The translations under genes were made by a program, and so were the position numbers. From Octopus vulgaris (lineage: Eukaryota), in contig OX597814.1 in assembly GCA_951406725.2 (NCBI GenBank), positions 7,316,001 through 7,380,000 of the forward strand: a stretch of 64,000 bases of DNA. Reading direction: 5' to 3'. This document shows positions 12,280 through 26,036 of this stretch, in pieces (within the stretch, counting starts at the first letter, position 1; every line of letters begins with the position of its first letter). Under the pieces are notes generated by a model that was not told where the DNA came from, searched no databases, and worked only from the letters and a program-made list of their open reading frames with translations.

Positions 12280-14880
12280 CCAACCCCACTTTGCTTGCGA
12301 AGACCTGTTGGGGCAAGTGAAATTGGAATCGGAATCGAAATTGAACCAATCCTATGACTGGCACCCGGCAGATGCCAGGACCCCTGGACTGGAGATATGT
12401 AAAAAGCACTATCCGAATCGTGGCCGATGCCAGCGCCACCTCGACTGGCTTCCGTGTCGGTGGCACGTATAAAGCACCATCCGAATCGTGGCCGAAGCCA
12501 GTGCTGCCTCGACTGGCTTCTGTACCGGTGGCACGTAAAATGCACCAATCCAACCGTGGCCGATGCTAGCCTTGCCTGGCACCAGTGCAGGTGGCACGTA
12601 AAAAGCACCCACTACACTCACAAAGTGGTTGGCGTTAGGAAGGGCATCCAGCTGTAGAAACACTGCCAGATAAGACTGGAGCCTGGTGCAGCCTTTTGGC
12701 TTCCCAGATCCCCGGTCGAACCGTCCAACCCATGCTAGCATGGACAACGGACGTTAAACGATGATGATGATGATGATGATGAAATCTTCTGTTGCTTTTT
12801 AAGTGCCTAGTGCAAAAAAAAATTGGCCTAAATTGGTTCAGGGGTTGGGGGAAAGTGAATTTTAAAAAAATTTATTTCATAAAAAGCTTCTCTTCATTTC
12901 CAAGGCTGTTGGAAGTGCCGCCGCGACTGGCTTCTGTACCGGTGGCACGTAAAATGCACCAATCCGACCGTGGCCGTTGCCAGCCTCGCCTGGCACCTGT
13001 GCAGGTGGCACGTAAAAAGCACCCACTACACTCACGGAGTGGTTGGCGTTAGGAAGGGCATCCAGCTGTAGAAACATTGCCAGATAAGACTGGAGCCTGG
13101 TGCAGCCTTCTGGCTTCCCAGATCCCCGGTCGAACCGTCCAACCCATGCTAGCATGGAGAACGGACGTTAAACGATGATGATGATGATGATTTCTCTACA
13201 AAAAATGAACTTCACCCATATAAGAGAATCTAGGTGTATAGAGTGGGGAGAGAAAAGGGGGAAGCAGCAATGTAGTGAGGACTGGGAGTGGGGAATACTG
13301 TAAGTGGTGAGAATCTGGGTGTGGGGGAGATGCAGTGAGCAGAGTAGCAAGGACGAGATTGGGGAGTGTAAGATAATTGTAGTGTATGAAGAGGAAATGT
13401 GAGGAAGAGAAAGGAAAGGGAAGTGGGGGTGGTGTTTGGTTTGTTGGGGGTGGGGTAGGGTGTGTGCTAGTTTTATTATGAGACACAACTCAGGTTCACT
13501 AGTGTGGGGGGTGGGTCTTCTCAAGAACTTCATATTGCCAGGCATCTCAGTCCAGTGTCATTTCTTGTGTGAGTCCCAACATCCTGAGATCAGTCCTCAC
13601 CACTTCATCCCTTGTCTTCCTGGGTCTCTCTCTTCCACAGGTGCCATCCACTTTCAGTGACAGGCTCTTCTTTATGCACCTGTCTTCATTCATACACATC
13701 ACATGTCCAAACCAACAAAGTCTTCTCTCTTGCACACTGCATTTGATTCCTCTTATGTCCAACTTTTTTCTCAGCACATTTGTGCTTTGTCGTTCATGCC
13801 ACACATCCAGCAGAGCATTTCTCTCTAGTCTACACATGTCCTCTGCATTCAGAGCTCAAGTTTCACTACCATGGAGTATGGCTGTTCATACACAAGCATC
13901 GTACAATCTACCTTTCACTCTGAGAGAGAGTCCTTTAGTTGCCAACAGAGATAGTAGGTCTCTGAATTTTCTCCATCCTTTTCTAGAAACAATACTTTCA
14001 GAGCATCCACCCTCATTGTTATTTGGTCACCTAGGTAACAGAAACTGTCTACAACCTCAAGAGAGTCTCCTGGGGATTTGAGAGCATCTAAGTCCCATGA
14101 GCTCTTAGTGCTTATTGTTCCTGCACGTCTGCCACACACAAAGGTGACCTTATCTCTTAATCTTCCTACCATTCCAATGCATCTCTTATGTGTCCATAGT
14201 TTACATTTTGTGCAGTGAATGGAATTACTTCCAACTCCTTTCCTACAGATTGGGCAAAGCCATTTACCTGATGGAACTAGAGTCTTATCTGCTTTCTTAT
14301 TAACAACTTTGGTCTTAGCTAGGTTAACTTCAAGGCCCTTCAATTCCAGGCTTTGCTTCCATACCTGAAGTTCCTTCTCCAATTCTGTTATAGATTCTGC
14401 AATAAAAACAAGGTCATCAACATATAGTAATTCCCATGAGCATTCAGTCTTGAATTGCTCTGTCGTGGCCTGGAGGACTATGATGAACAAGAGTGGACTA
14501 ACAACTGAGCCATGATAAACCCCTACCTAAGCACTAAATTCATCACTATATTCATGGCTGACTCTCACCTTAGTGACAGCCCCACTGTACATGACTTGTA
14601 CAGCTCTAACAAGCCACTCCTCTACTCCTAACTTCCTTAGAGACCACCATATAACAGAACATGCAACTCTGTCAAAAGCTTTCTCCAGGTCACTGAAAGC
14701 TCAGTATATTGGCCAAATACTTTTCCTGCGGCTGTCTCCCTAGGAAGATGGCATCTTTTGTACTCTTCCCAGGTACAAAAACAGCATCTCATCTAGTTTA
14801 ATTCTATTTCTAATCAGTTGAGCCATGATCCTCCCTATAACTTTCACGACCTGGTCCAGTTGTTTGATACCTCTGTAGTA
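12280..14880. mobile_element. Two + strand RTE tail copies (12280-12781, 12915-13189) and a - strand RTE RT remnant (13190-14880) in DCTN5 intron 2
   Basis: ORFs 13915-14490 (LLYVDDL, FCYLG) and 13547-13837 (GRERPRKTRDEVV). Confidence 0.85.
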
Positions 14881-15963
14881 TATATACCAATTCATATATA
14901 TATATATATCTTTTGTTATATGTTTATATTGATTTATTGAGATATTCTGTTAATGTACTACATACTTGCTAACTTGGTATTTTGAGTACTACTACTAGAA
15001 TGAAACTTAATTTAGTGAAAGCCAGTTAAGGAATCAGTCCTCTTTCAAGATACTACACTTGAAAGGGAAGTGGTTTCACTGTAAGATTGATTCCACCCGA
15101 ACCCTACAACATACGCTTGATTAGAAAAATAAGGATCTCTTAACAGGATTCCACATTTTAGTCAGCTCTCCTGTTACTTCAGTGTTGTCATATGGAATAG
15201 AGGATGTCAGCCAATGCATAAAAGTATATTTAGGACGGTCTAAAGACTGATATTACTTCATTAGATCAATAACCAATCACTAAATCATTTCATTATTTCT
15301 ATTATAAGGAAGACTCTTCAACAATTTCACTGATTTTAAACTGCTTTATTTTGATATTCTCAAACACGTTTGTTTGGACAATGCAGCCAAGCATTGCATC
15401 TATAAATCTGCTGATAAACACTTTTGTTTCGTTTCCTCTGCAAAATTGGGACAACTGTGGCCTCTCTTGGAAATGAGCCCCACAAGGTGAAGTGGTTGCT
15501 GGCTATTCTCTACAGCAATGCCATTGCAATCATGTCTGCGGGGCACATCTGAACATGCCATTTGTTCTCGGGGTGTCCCCCCCCCCACTCATCATTTTTT
15601 TCTTTGTAATTAAATTGTGATCCATTTTTTTTATATACATAAAACTTGTAAACCCATTTTGTTTTTGAATTTTCCTTAGAAAACCACATTAATTAATGAA
15701 TTAATGAATTAATGAATTAATATTTATGCATTTATTAAGTGAACAGCTGGAACTAAAATAGCCTTCCACTCCTGAACTATTTTATCCCTTTCCTTAAAAT
15801 GATTTTCTATAATTAGATTTTCCATTTGTGAAATAAACTTAAATGGCTGTCTTATTTAAAGGTGGGGACATCTTCTTTCTAAGATTTCCTTTCTTTTTTG
15901 TATAAAGTTGAGAGCACATTTAAAATTACTCCATGTCATTGAGTCTTCTTTCTTGTCTTACAG

Positions 15964-16082
15964 ACCATCATCATGTCGGATTGTATCATTCGTGGGGATC
16001 TGGCCAATGTCAGAATCGGCAGACATTGTATAATCAGTGCCAAAGCTGTGATTAGACCACCTTTTAAGAAGTTTAGCAAAGG
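15964..16082 (+). CDS. DCTN5: Dynactin subunit 5, coding exon 3
   Basis: ttacag|ACC...AAAGG|gtaaga; 119 nt encoding [39 protein letters not shown](G). Confidence 0.97.
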
Positions 16083-16699
16083 GTAAGAGAAATTTCACTG
16101 TTCTCAACTATTATTACTCCAAGCTATTTAGCATTTATACTTATTCTATATTCTCATTGATTGAATCTCCAGTTGTCATCAGATGTCTGATATTTGAATG
16201 TGTACAAGGCCTGGACAAGATTTAAACTAGAAACAATTATCTCTAAACTTCTAGCCATGTCATTATCCACTAAACCTTTAGCACATATATATATCAAGTG
16301 CTAATTTGGTTGTGTGTGTATATCTACCTGGTGGCAACATAGTGTAAATCATCATCATCATCGTTTAGCGTCCGTTTTCCATGCTAGCATGGCTTGGACG
16401 GTTCTACTGGGGTCTGTAAAGCCAGAAGGCTTCATCAGGCCCAGTCAAATCTGGCAGTGTTTCTACGGCTGGATGCCCTTCCTAACGCCAACCACTCCGT
16501 GAGTGTAGTGAGTGCTTTTTACGTGCCACCTGCACAGCCAGCTATATTGTAGATATATTTGTATACAATAATATTTGAGAAATGATAACCTGAACAACTC
16601 CCCTCTAAAAATCCTTATTTTCTTAACCTGTTTCACAAATTCCATAGTTAAGTTATTCTCAGTGATCTAATCCAAAATTTGGTTGAAATATTCGTTGGG

Positions 16700-17862
16700 A
16701 ATCATTTTGACTAGTTCTATAGCATGGCAGCAACACATGGTTGTGTGTGCAGTGACCTTCCTGGGGCAGTGTATTGATTGGCATTGCTGTGTTTATTTCA
16801 CAAGTTGTGACATTGACAGGAAGTTGGAACAATGAGCCAACATGAAATTTTGCACTAAACTTGGGAGGTCTGCTACAGAGACATTGAGCATTTCTTTGGC
16901 AACAAGACAATGGGCCATGCGCAATATTTTGAGTGGCACAGGCGCTTCAAAAGTAGAAGAATGTCCTTGGAAGACCCGCCATGAGTGCCCACCCCCGAAA
17001 ATGTGGAGAATGTTCATCATCGTGTGGATGAGGATCATTGGAGGACAGTCAACGACATTGCTGATGTAGTTTGCCTGTCCTGTGGGTCCATGCAGATAAT
17101 CCTAACATCTGAATTGAACATACGGCATGTCTCTGCCAAGTTTGTCCCGTTACCTCTGAGCAGAAAGAACATAGCATCAAAGTCAGTCAGGATCTCCATC
17201 GACATGCCACTGATGACTCCTTCATCGTGTCGCTAATCACCACCAGTGACAAGAGTTGGGTCTATGGGTGCAACCTTGAGATGCAGCAGCAGTTGTCACC
17301 ATGGAAGAGCTCTTCGTCTCCACAACCGAAGAAGGTGCAACAGACCCACAGCTCAATCGAGAGCATGCACATCATTTCATTGCAGCATGCATGATGTAGA
17401 TTATTCAACGTCCATGGTATCGAGAATTTATACCCCAGACCCAGATCACCAATCTAGAGCTCTACTGCAAAGCATTTGAGGGAGGACATTCAACGAAAGT
17501 AACCAGATCTATGGAGCACAGAAAACTGGATTCTTCACAACAAGAAATCCACCCTGTCACCAAGCTCTTCTCACTAAAAGCAACATGCTTCTGCACCCAC
17601 CCTATTCCCCAGATTTAGTACCTGCAGACTTCCATCTCTTCCCTAGGAGAAAAAGGTAACCATTTTAACACCGTTGTCCCGATCCAGAACAAATTGCAGA
17701 AGGTCCTCGACTCGCTTACCAAAAACGACTTCCAGGCAGGAATGCTGGGGCCAGTCTATTGCTGCACAAGGTGGCTATTTCAAAGGAGATGAGGTTAAAA
17801 CTTGGGTAAATAAGTTACTTTTTATTAATTAACATATCTAGTCCAGGAACTTTTTGATACCA
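16700..17862 (+). mobile_element. Mariner transposase remnant in DCTN5 intron 3
   Basis: RKLEQ*ANMKFCTKLGRSATET, VSAKFVP, DKSWVYG, HPPYSPDLVPADFHLFP, GGYFKGD; right end ctagtccaggaactttttgatac. Confidence 0.85.
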
Positions 17863-18639
17863 GGTGAAGTCCATTTTCCATGCTGGCATGGGTTGGACGG
17901 TTTGTCAGGAGCTGGAGAGCTGCACCAGGCTCCAATTGTCTATTTTGGCATAGTTTCTAGGGCTGGATGCCTTTCCTAACACCAATCACTTTATAGAATG
18001 TATTGGCTGCTCTTTACGTGGCACCTAATAAATGTTAGCCAAGCATTCATAATCTTTATAAAACTCAGTTATTTGTCCTAGAATTTGGATTTGTCTGTTT
18101 CTTGAAGACCTAAAGCTGTGTTAAATGAAACAATATTTTCCAATAATAATTGTTCAGTGGAAGACATGCTAGCGTCCAGTTAGGCTTGCAGCATCGCATT
18201 CCATTCGGGTGTTCCGAGGTGGGATCCTTTTGGGAAACACTTTCATTCATCCCCAGCATCGATATTTTTTACTTCTTTCTGTCATTAGATTGTGGCCATG
18301 CTGGGGCACTGCCCCCAAGTGTTTTAGTCAAGCAAATCAACACCAGTACATTTTTGTTTTTTAATCCAGGTATTCTAACAGTCTCTTTTACTGAGCCACT
18401 AAGTTATGGGGACATAAACACACCAACACTGGTTATCAAGTGGTGGTGGGGATACAAACTGAGACACACACACATTAGGGGCTTCTTTCAGTTTCTATAA
18501 ACCAAATCCACTCATAAGGCTTTGGTTGGCCTGAGCCTACAGTAGAAGACACTTGCCCAAGGTGCTATGCAGGGGAATGAACCCAGAACCACGCAGTTGG
18601 GAAGCAAACCTCTTACCACACGACCATACCTGCACCTAC

Positions 18640-21150
18640 CATCATCATCATCCGTTCTCCAGGCTGGCATGGGTTTAATGGTTTGACTGGGGAGACAGGG
18701 GGCTGCACCAGGCTCCAATTTGATCTGGCAGAGTTTCTACAGCTGGATGCTCTTCCTAACGCCAACCACTCCAAGAGTGTTGTGAGTACTTTTTACACGC
18801 CACTGGCACGGGGAGCCAGTCAGGCAACACTGGCATTGACCCGCGCATGAATGGTGCTTATTGCATGCCACCAGCACGGGTGCCAGTCAGGCAACACTGG
18901 CATTGACCCGCGCATGAATGGTGCTTATTGCATGCCACCAGCACGGGTGCCAGTCAAGCAACACTGGCATTGACCCGCGCATGAATGGTGCTTATTGCAT
19001 GCCACCAGCACGGGTGCCAGTCAAGCAGCACTGGCATTGACCCGCGCATGAATGGTGCTTATTGCATGCCACCAGCACGGGTGCCAGTCAAGCAGCACTG
19101 GCATTGACCCGCGCATGAATGGTGCTTATTGCATGCCACCAGCACGGGTGCCAGTCAAGCAGCACTGGCATTGACCCGCGCATGAATGGTGCTTATTGCA
19201 TGCCACCAGCACGGGTGCCAGTCAAGCAGCACTGGCATTGACCCGCGCATGAATGGTGCTTATTGCATGCCACCAGCACGGGTGCCAGTCAAGCAACACT
19301 GGCATTGACCCGCGCATGAATGGTGCTTATTGCATGCCACCAGCACGGGTGCCAGTCAAGCAGCACTGGCATTGACCCGCGCATGAATGGTGCTTATTGC
19401 ATGCCACCAGCACGGGTGCCAGTCAAGCAGCACTGGCATTGACCCGCGCATGAATGGTGCTTATTGCATGCCACCAGCACGGGTGCCAGTCAAGCAGCAC
19501 TGGCATTGACCCGCGCATGAATGGTGCTTATTGCATGCCACCAGCACGGGTGCCAGTCAAGCAGCACTGGCATTGACCCGCGCATGAATGGTGCTTATTG
19601 CATGCCACCAGCACGGGTGCCAGTCAAGCAACACTGGCATTGACCCGCGCATGAATGGTGCTTATTGCATGCCACCAGCACGGGTGCCAGTCAAGCAACA
19701 CTGGCATTGACCCGCGCATGAATGGTGCTTATTGCATGCCACCAGCACGGGTGCCAGTCAAGCAACACTGGCATTGACCCGCGCATGAATGGTGCTTATT
19801 GCATGCCACCAGCACGGGTGCCAGTCAAGCAACACTGGCATTGACCCGCGCATGAATGGTGCTTATTGCATGCCACCAGCACGGGTGCCAGTCAAGCAAC
19901 ACTGGCATTGACCCGCGCATGAATGGTGCTTATTGCATGCCACCAGCACGGGTGCCAGTCAAGCAACACTGGCATTGACCCGCGCATGAATGGTGCTTAT
20001 TGCATGCCACCAGCACGGGTGCCAGTCAAGCAACACTGGCATTGACCCGCGCATGAATGGTGCTTATTGCATGCCACCAGCACGGGTGCCAGTCAAGCAA
20101 CACTGGCATTGACCCGCGCATGAATGGTGCTTATTGCATGCCACCAGCACGGGTGCCAGTCAAGCAACACTGGCATTGACCCGCGCATGAATGGTGCTTA
20201 TTGCATGCCACCAGCACGGGTGCCAGTCAGGCAACACTGGCATTGACCCGCGCATGAATGGTGCTTATTGCATGCCACCAGCACGGGTGCCAGTCAAGCA
20301 GCACTGGCATTGACCCGCGCATGAATGGTGCTTATTGCATGCCACCAGCACGGGTGCCAGTCAAGCAACACTGGCATTGACCCGCGCATGAATGGTGCTT
20401 ATTGCATGCCACCAGCACGGGTGCCAGTCAAGCAACACTGGCATTGACCCGCGCATGAATGGTGCTTATTGCATGCCACCAGCACGGGTGCCAGTCAAGC
20501 AACACTGGCATTGACCCGCGCATGAATGGTGCTTATTGCATGCCACCAGCACGGGTGCCAGTCAAGCAACACTGGCATTGACCCGCGCATGAATGGTGCT
20601 TATTGCATGCCACCAGCACGGGTGCCAGTCAAGCAGCACTGGCATCAGCCACAACTACAATTTCCATTTTGATTTCGATTGAGATTTTCATTTTACTTGA
20701 CTCAATAAGTCTTCTCAAGCACCGCATGTTGCCCAACGATTCAAAGGCACTTTTTAAATGGGCTGCTTAAACAACACTGGTATAGGCTACAGCTGTGATC
20801 CCACTTTGCTTGCCGGGTCTTCTCAATCACCACATATCTCCAGAGGTCTCAGTCTCTTGACATTGCCTCTGTGAAGGTCATGCTTCATCACCTCATCCCA
20901 TGTCTTCCTGGGTCTCCCTCTTCCACTGTTAGGGAGTGACACTTCTTCACACAGTTCTCCTCATCCATACGCAGCACATGATCATACCCAGCAGTCGTGT
21001 CTCAGGGCGCTTACACTCTGTTGTGTGTGCACACTGACATTACACATCCAGCAGATCATACTAGTTTCATTTCTTTCAAGCCTACGCATGTCCTCAACAG
21101 CCATGTTTCACTGTTGTGTAGCATGGCCATACAGTCTACCTTTCGCTCTG
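18640..21150 (-). mobile_element. 5'-truncated RTE LINE: ORF tail, 3' UTR with expanded VNTR, and (GAT)n tail
   Basis: RT C-terminal remnant (RGRPRKTWDEV) at about 20880-21150 is contiguous with the UTR, the array and the tail at 18640. Confidence 0.8.
18803..20646. repeat. Minisatellite of 27-28 near-identical 67-bp units inside an RTE 3' UTR copy
   Basis: Unit gtgccagtca(a/g)gca(a/g)cactggcattgacccgcgcatgaatggtgcttattgcatgccaccagcacgg; ccgcgc recurs at 18841, 18908 ... 20583. Confidence 0.97.
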
Positions 21151-21307
21151 GCTGAGAGAACAAATACACCAGTCATATCCTGGGGTAGGAAACACTGAGC
21201 TGAGCCGAATCTCCTCCTCCCCTATAAATTTATGACTTTGTCCTGATATTATAGATTATTATTTATCAAGTTCTAAATATGTGTTAAATATTTTTTTCTC
21301 TTTCCAG

Positions 21308-21419
21308 TGTAGCATTTTTCCCTCTCCATATAGGGGACCATGTCTTCATAGGTGAAGATTCTGTTATCAACGCAGCACAAGTTGGATCTTTCGTTCAAGT
21401 CGGCAAAAACTGTGTCATC
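21308..21419 (+). CDS. DCTN5: Dynactin subunit 5, coding exon 4
   Basis: tttccag|T GTA GCA...GTC ATC|gtgagt; 112 nt encoding [37 protein letters not shown] (hexapeptide beta-helix repeats); phase matches exon 3. Confidence 0.97.
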
Positions 21420-22421
21420 GTGAGTAAAACTTCAGATGCTTTCAGAAAAGGAATATTCTTAGAAGAATCAAGGAATTGCCATTTTGGATATTATTTTCAA
21501 TAATGATTTCTTTGTTTGTTCACAAAAATAGAAATATTACATTTGTAAATTTCTAAGAGAGAGAGAGTTATGCACGATAGAGTGATGGCTTGTTGCCAAC
21601 TTAATGTGACAGTCCCATGAAAGGGAAGAATGTTACTGTTATTTAGCCCCAGGAAACACCGTTTCTAGTTGGTTATGTGACACAAGCATTCTGTGTCCTT
21701 AAATTTTCAAATGGTGTTTCTTGGGGCTAAATAACAGTAACATTCTTCCCTTTCCTGGGACTGTCACATTAAGTTGGCAACAAGTCATCACTTTATTTAT
21801 TTGTTTGTTTTGTAAGATGTTAAACCATGTGTTGAAACACCTTCTGTTGTATCTTGGGATGGGTCATTATGCCAATAATAACTACACACACTGGTTCTAT
21901 TTCATTTCTTTTATTGTTATTTGTTAATTATATCTCACCACTTCATCCTAGAGGTTCACACTTCTTTATGCAGTCATGCTCATCCATGTGCATCATATGA
22001 CCATACCCTCTCTTATACCCAATTTTTTCTCAAGATGTTTACACTCTGTCACACATGCTGGCTTCATTTCTTTCAAGCTTTCATGTCCTTTGCAGTCACA
22101 GCCCGTGTTTCACTTCCGGCTTTGTTAATATTTAACCAATTTGTCGAAGTCGTTCCATTGCCATTTGCAACTCTTTCTCTACTCTGGGTCTGTCTTCTAG
22201 TTTGCACTTTCTTTATTTATATGGACGTCGGTGAGAATGTTTGTGGGAGAGCAAAAGAAAGAGTGTGTGTGTGTGTGTGTAAGTGCGCATCTTTGAATGT
22301 GTGGATGCACATTTGTGTGACATAGTCGATTCTTTAAGTATGTGGGAGAGAACATCTGTTTGTGTATGGTGTATGGTGTAGATTTTGTGAAAGGTATGAG
22401 TTGTAAACATTTATTTCTGTA

Positions 22422-23415
22422 TCATCATCATCATCATCATCGTCGTTTAACGTCCGTTCTCCATGCTAGCATGGGTTGGACGGTTCAACCGGGGATCTGG
22501 GAAGCCAGAAGGCTGCACCAGGCTCCAGTCTTATCTGGCAGTGTTTCTACAGCTGGATGCCCTTCCTAACGCCAACCACTCCGTGAGTGTAGTGGGTGCT
22601 TTTTACGTGCCACCTGCACAGGTGCCAGGCGAGGCTGGCAACGGCCATCATCATTTAATGTCCATGCTGGCTAGGGTGTGACACTTTTTCACACAGCCAT
22701 CCACATCCATTCTCAACCACAGTCATCTCTCTTGCACACCACATCCAATGCCTCTAATGCCAAACTTTTCTCTCAAGATGCTTACACTCTGTCATACATG
22801 CACCCTGACATTGCACATCCAGTGAAGCATACTAGCTTCATTTCTTTCAAGTGTACGCATGTCCTCAGCTGTCACTGCCCATGTTTCACTTCCGTGTAGC
22901 CTAGCTGTTCGCACTCAGGCGTCGTACAATCTGCCTTTCACTCTGAGAGAGAGAGAGGCCCTTTGTTGCCAGCAGAGGTGGGAGCTCTCTGAACTTTGCC
23001 CAGCCTAATCTTATTCTTGGAGCTATGCTCTTAAAGCCTTCACTTCTGCTACTGACTTAGTCACCTAAATAACTGAAGCTATCTACTTCTAGCTTACCCC
23101 CCACTGGCAGTTGGAGTCTATCTTCTCTGTTTATTCTACCTATGCATCTTCCACACATAAAAGTTATTTTCCCTGTTAACCTTCCTCTGATATTGCTGCA
23201 CCTCTTATGTGTCCATAGCTTACACTGGGTTCATTTTATGGAGTTTCTACCTATGCCTTTTCTACAGATCGAGCAGGGTCATCTACCTGAAGGGATTTGA
23301 GATTTGTCTGCCTTCCTACTTACTAAGACTTTGGTTTTTGCTAGGTTAACTCTTAAGGCCCTTCGATTCTAGACTTTGCTTCCATACCTGAAACTTCATC
23401 TCTAGTTCTGGTAGT
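22422..23415 (-). mobile_element. RTE tail copy plus RT fragment in DCTN5 intron 4
   Basis: (CAT)n tail and conserved boxes; 22675-23415 is similar to the 59.7-60.5 kb RT region. Confidence 0.8.
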
Positions 23416-24736
23416 ATATAGATTTCTTATAAGTCAGTATACATACATTGGTGTGAATGTTAGATTGATATACATCTGTTTGAGATCATTTGCTGTGCAT
23501 GGGTAAGACATAATTCCTCAATACTCGTAAACCGTATTCCTTATTTCTTTGAGTTGTAAGAAATGAAAGATAAAGAGGCACTAAATTGTAATTTGACCAT
23601 CCTAAAAAAAAGTAAAACTGGTCTTAAATGTCATATACACATCCCAGCACCACATTGAGAAGAGTTGCGTGAGGCTCACAACAGAGTTAGACTCCCAGTC
23701 TATAAGGATTGTCCAGCTCAGAGTGTCATCTCTCATATCGTCAGTATAACACAAGCATCAGTGATCTACCAGCTGCCTTAACAAGCTGAAGGTTGTGAGC
23801 ATCCGGCCATGGCCTAGTTCATTGATTTTCTCTATTTTGAGAACTCCACAGTAGATCTTGAATACCCCTCGTGCCAAAACACCCGTCTCCACACGCTAAT
23901 TGAGCTGGAACAGGAAATACCTGTAAAAGATGGCAGCTGGTCAGTTGTACAACACCAAATAATATTGCTTTCAAATTTTGAGGAGGAAGGAAATCGATTA
24001 CATCAACCCCCAGTACTCAACTGGTACTTATTTCAACAATCCCAAAAGGGTGAAAGGCAAAGTCAACTCTGGTTGCATTTGAACTCAGAACACAGAGATG
24101 GATGAAATGCTGTTGCTAAGCATTTTGCCCAACAAGCTGATGATTCTGCGAGCTTGCCTCCTTACAACTCTGAATAATATTAAGAATGGTGTTTATCTGG
24201 TGCTTATTCAACATTACATGGAAGATTAAGTCCAGCACTGTAAGCTATGACTTCTGCAAATCTCATGACCTCTTCTGTTCCAACTTGGAAGTGTGTAGTA
24301 GGTATCTGAGCATTAAACTAAACGTTGACATATTTCTAGTGGTTCTTTAAATACTGAATTCCAATCTTGCTGAGGTCACCTTTGCCTTTCATCTTATCCA
24401 GGGTCAATAAAATAATGCCCCAGTCAAGTAATGGGTGTCAAGCTATTTAACTGACCTTGTCATTCAACTAAATCAGAAAACATTTAATCAAATTCCTTAC
24501 TTCCCCTTATGTATTACATTGACAGAGAAATCATTTTCTCTGTTACAGATAATAAAATATAACAGTGTGACATTTTATTTCCTAAATTTATAGCTTTCAG
24601 TCTATATTTCTACCCAACTGTTCTATTTTTATGTACTTCTTTCTTGTATGTGTTAATTGAAAAATCATTTTTATAAAATGTAACAATCATTCACTATAAA
24701 TGTTTTCTATCTTCCCTTTTGCCTGTCATCCATCAG

Positions 24737-24839
24737 GGACGCCGATGCATCTTGAAAGACTGTTGTGCTATTGCTGACAATACTGTCTTGCCTCCAGAAA
24801 CAGTTGTGCCCCCCTTTACTCTATTTTCCGGTTCACCTG
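24737..24839 (+). CDS. DCTN5: Dynactin subunit 5, coding exon 5
   Basis: catcag|GGA...CCT G|gtatgt; 103 nt encoding [34 protein letters not shown]. Confidence 0.97.
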
Positions 24840-25543
24840 GTATGTGCTTTATGCTCCACTAATTCCTCAATATTATTTTACCCATAAATACTTTTTAAAT
24901 AACTCTAATCTTTTGGCTGAGTACTCCACAGGTTTCTTATGTTATTTATTTCTGTTTCAAGAATATATTTCATTTGAAACAAGATGCAGGTGTGATTGTG
25001 TGATTAAGAAGCTTACTTCTCATCTGTGTGGTCTTGGGTTCAGTCCCACTGTGCAGCAGTACTTTAGGCAAGTGTCTTGAGCTGACCAAAGCCTTGCAAG
25101 TGGATGCGGTAGGCAGAAACTGAAAGAAGCCTGTTGTGTGTGTGTACATGCATTCTTGTCTTCATATCATGTGATGGTTGTAAACAAGATCCCCATCATA
25201 ATAAGCAATGCCATTCATTGTTAAATGTAGACAATCTGCCTCAACAAATCCATCTGACCCCTACCAGCTTGGAAAAAAAAGGGACACTAAGTGATGCTGG
25301 TTGCACGAGCAGATATTCTTGTTTGTGCTGGTGATATTAAAAAAATATATAAAGCAAAAGAATGCCTTCAGAATAAAATTACCAAAATTTAATGTTTTTA
25401 AGAGAAAGCAAAGAAATATTATTTCACTAAAGGATTCCATCTCCACACCTTGGTACATTAGAAACCTTTAAATTCCTTTCACGTCCATAATTGATATTTC
25501 ATGTAATTTCCATTTAACTTTATTTTGATCATTTTATTTACAG

Positions 25544-25644
25544 GTCGATTTTGCGGAGAACTACCAGAGTGTACACTTGAAATGATGTTTGATGTAACCA
25601 AAGGTTTTTATCAGAACTTCGTGCCTCTAAATAAAAGCAAATAG
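25544..25644 (+). CDS. DCTN5: Dynactin subunit 5, last coding exon
   Basis: tttacag|GT CGA...AAA TAG; encodes (G)[32 protein letters not shown]; phase consistent with exon 5. Confidence 0.96.
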
Positions 25645-25799
25645 AAAAATCTCCCTATTTATATATATATATTTCATGTAAGTATATTTCAATTCATCAT
25701 CTTTTAATGTCCATGCTGGCATGGATTGCATGATTTGGAAGGCTGCACCAGACTCCACTCTGATTTGACATGGTTTTCTACGGGTGGCTGCGTTTATAA

Positions 25800-26036
25800 A
25801 CAACTCTGAATAATATTAAGAATGGTGTTTATCTGGTGCTTATTCAACATTACATGGAAGATTAAGTCCAGCAATGTAAGCTATGACTTCTGCAAATCTC
25901 ATGACCTCTTCTGTTCCAATTTGGAAGTGTGTAGTAGGTATCTGAACATGAAATTAAACATTGACATATTTCTAGTGGTTCTTTAAATACTGAATTCAAA
26001 TCTTGCTGAGGTCACCTTTGCCTTTCATCTTATCCA
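25800..26036 (+). repeat. 237-bp direct duplicate of DCTN5 intron 4 segment 24164-24400
   Basis: Colinear, with about 7 substitutions and no indels by eye. Confidence 0.92.

Noticed and set aside
18803-20646. CRISPR-like array of palindromic repeats
   Set aside because: No unique spacers, no cas genes, eukaryotic intron context; units are contiguous copies of a retroelement subrepeat
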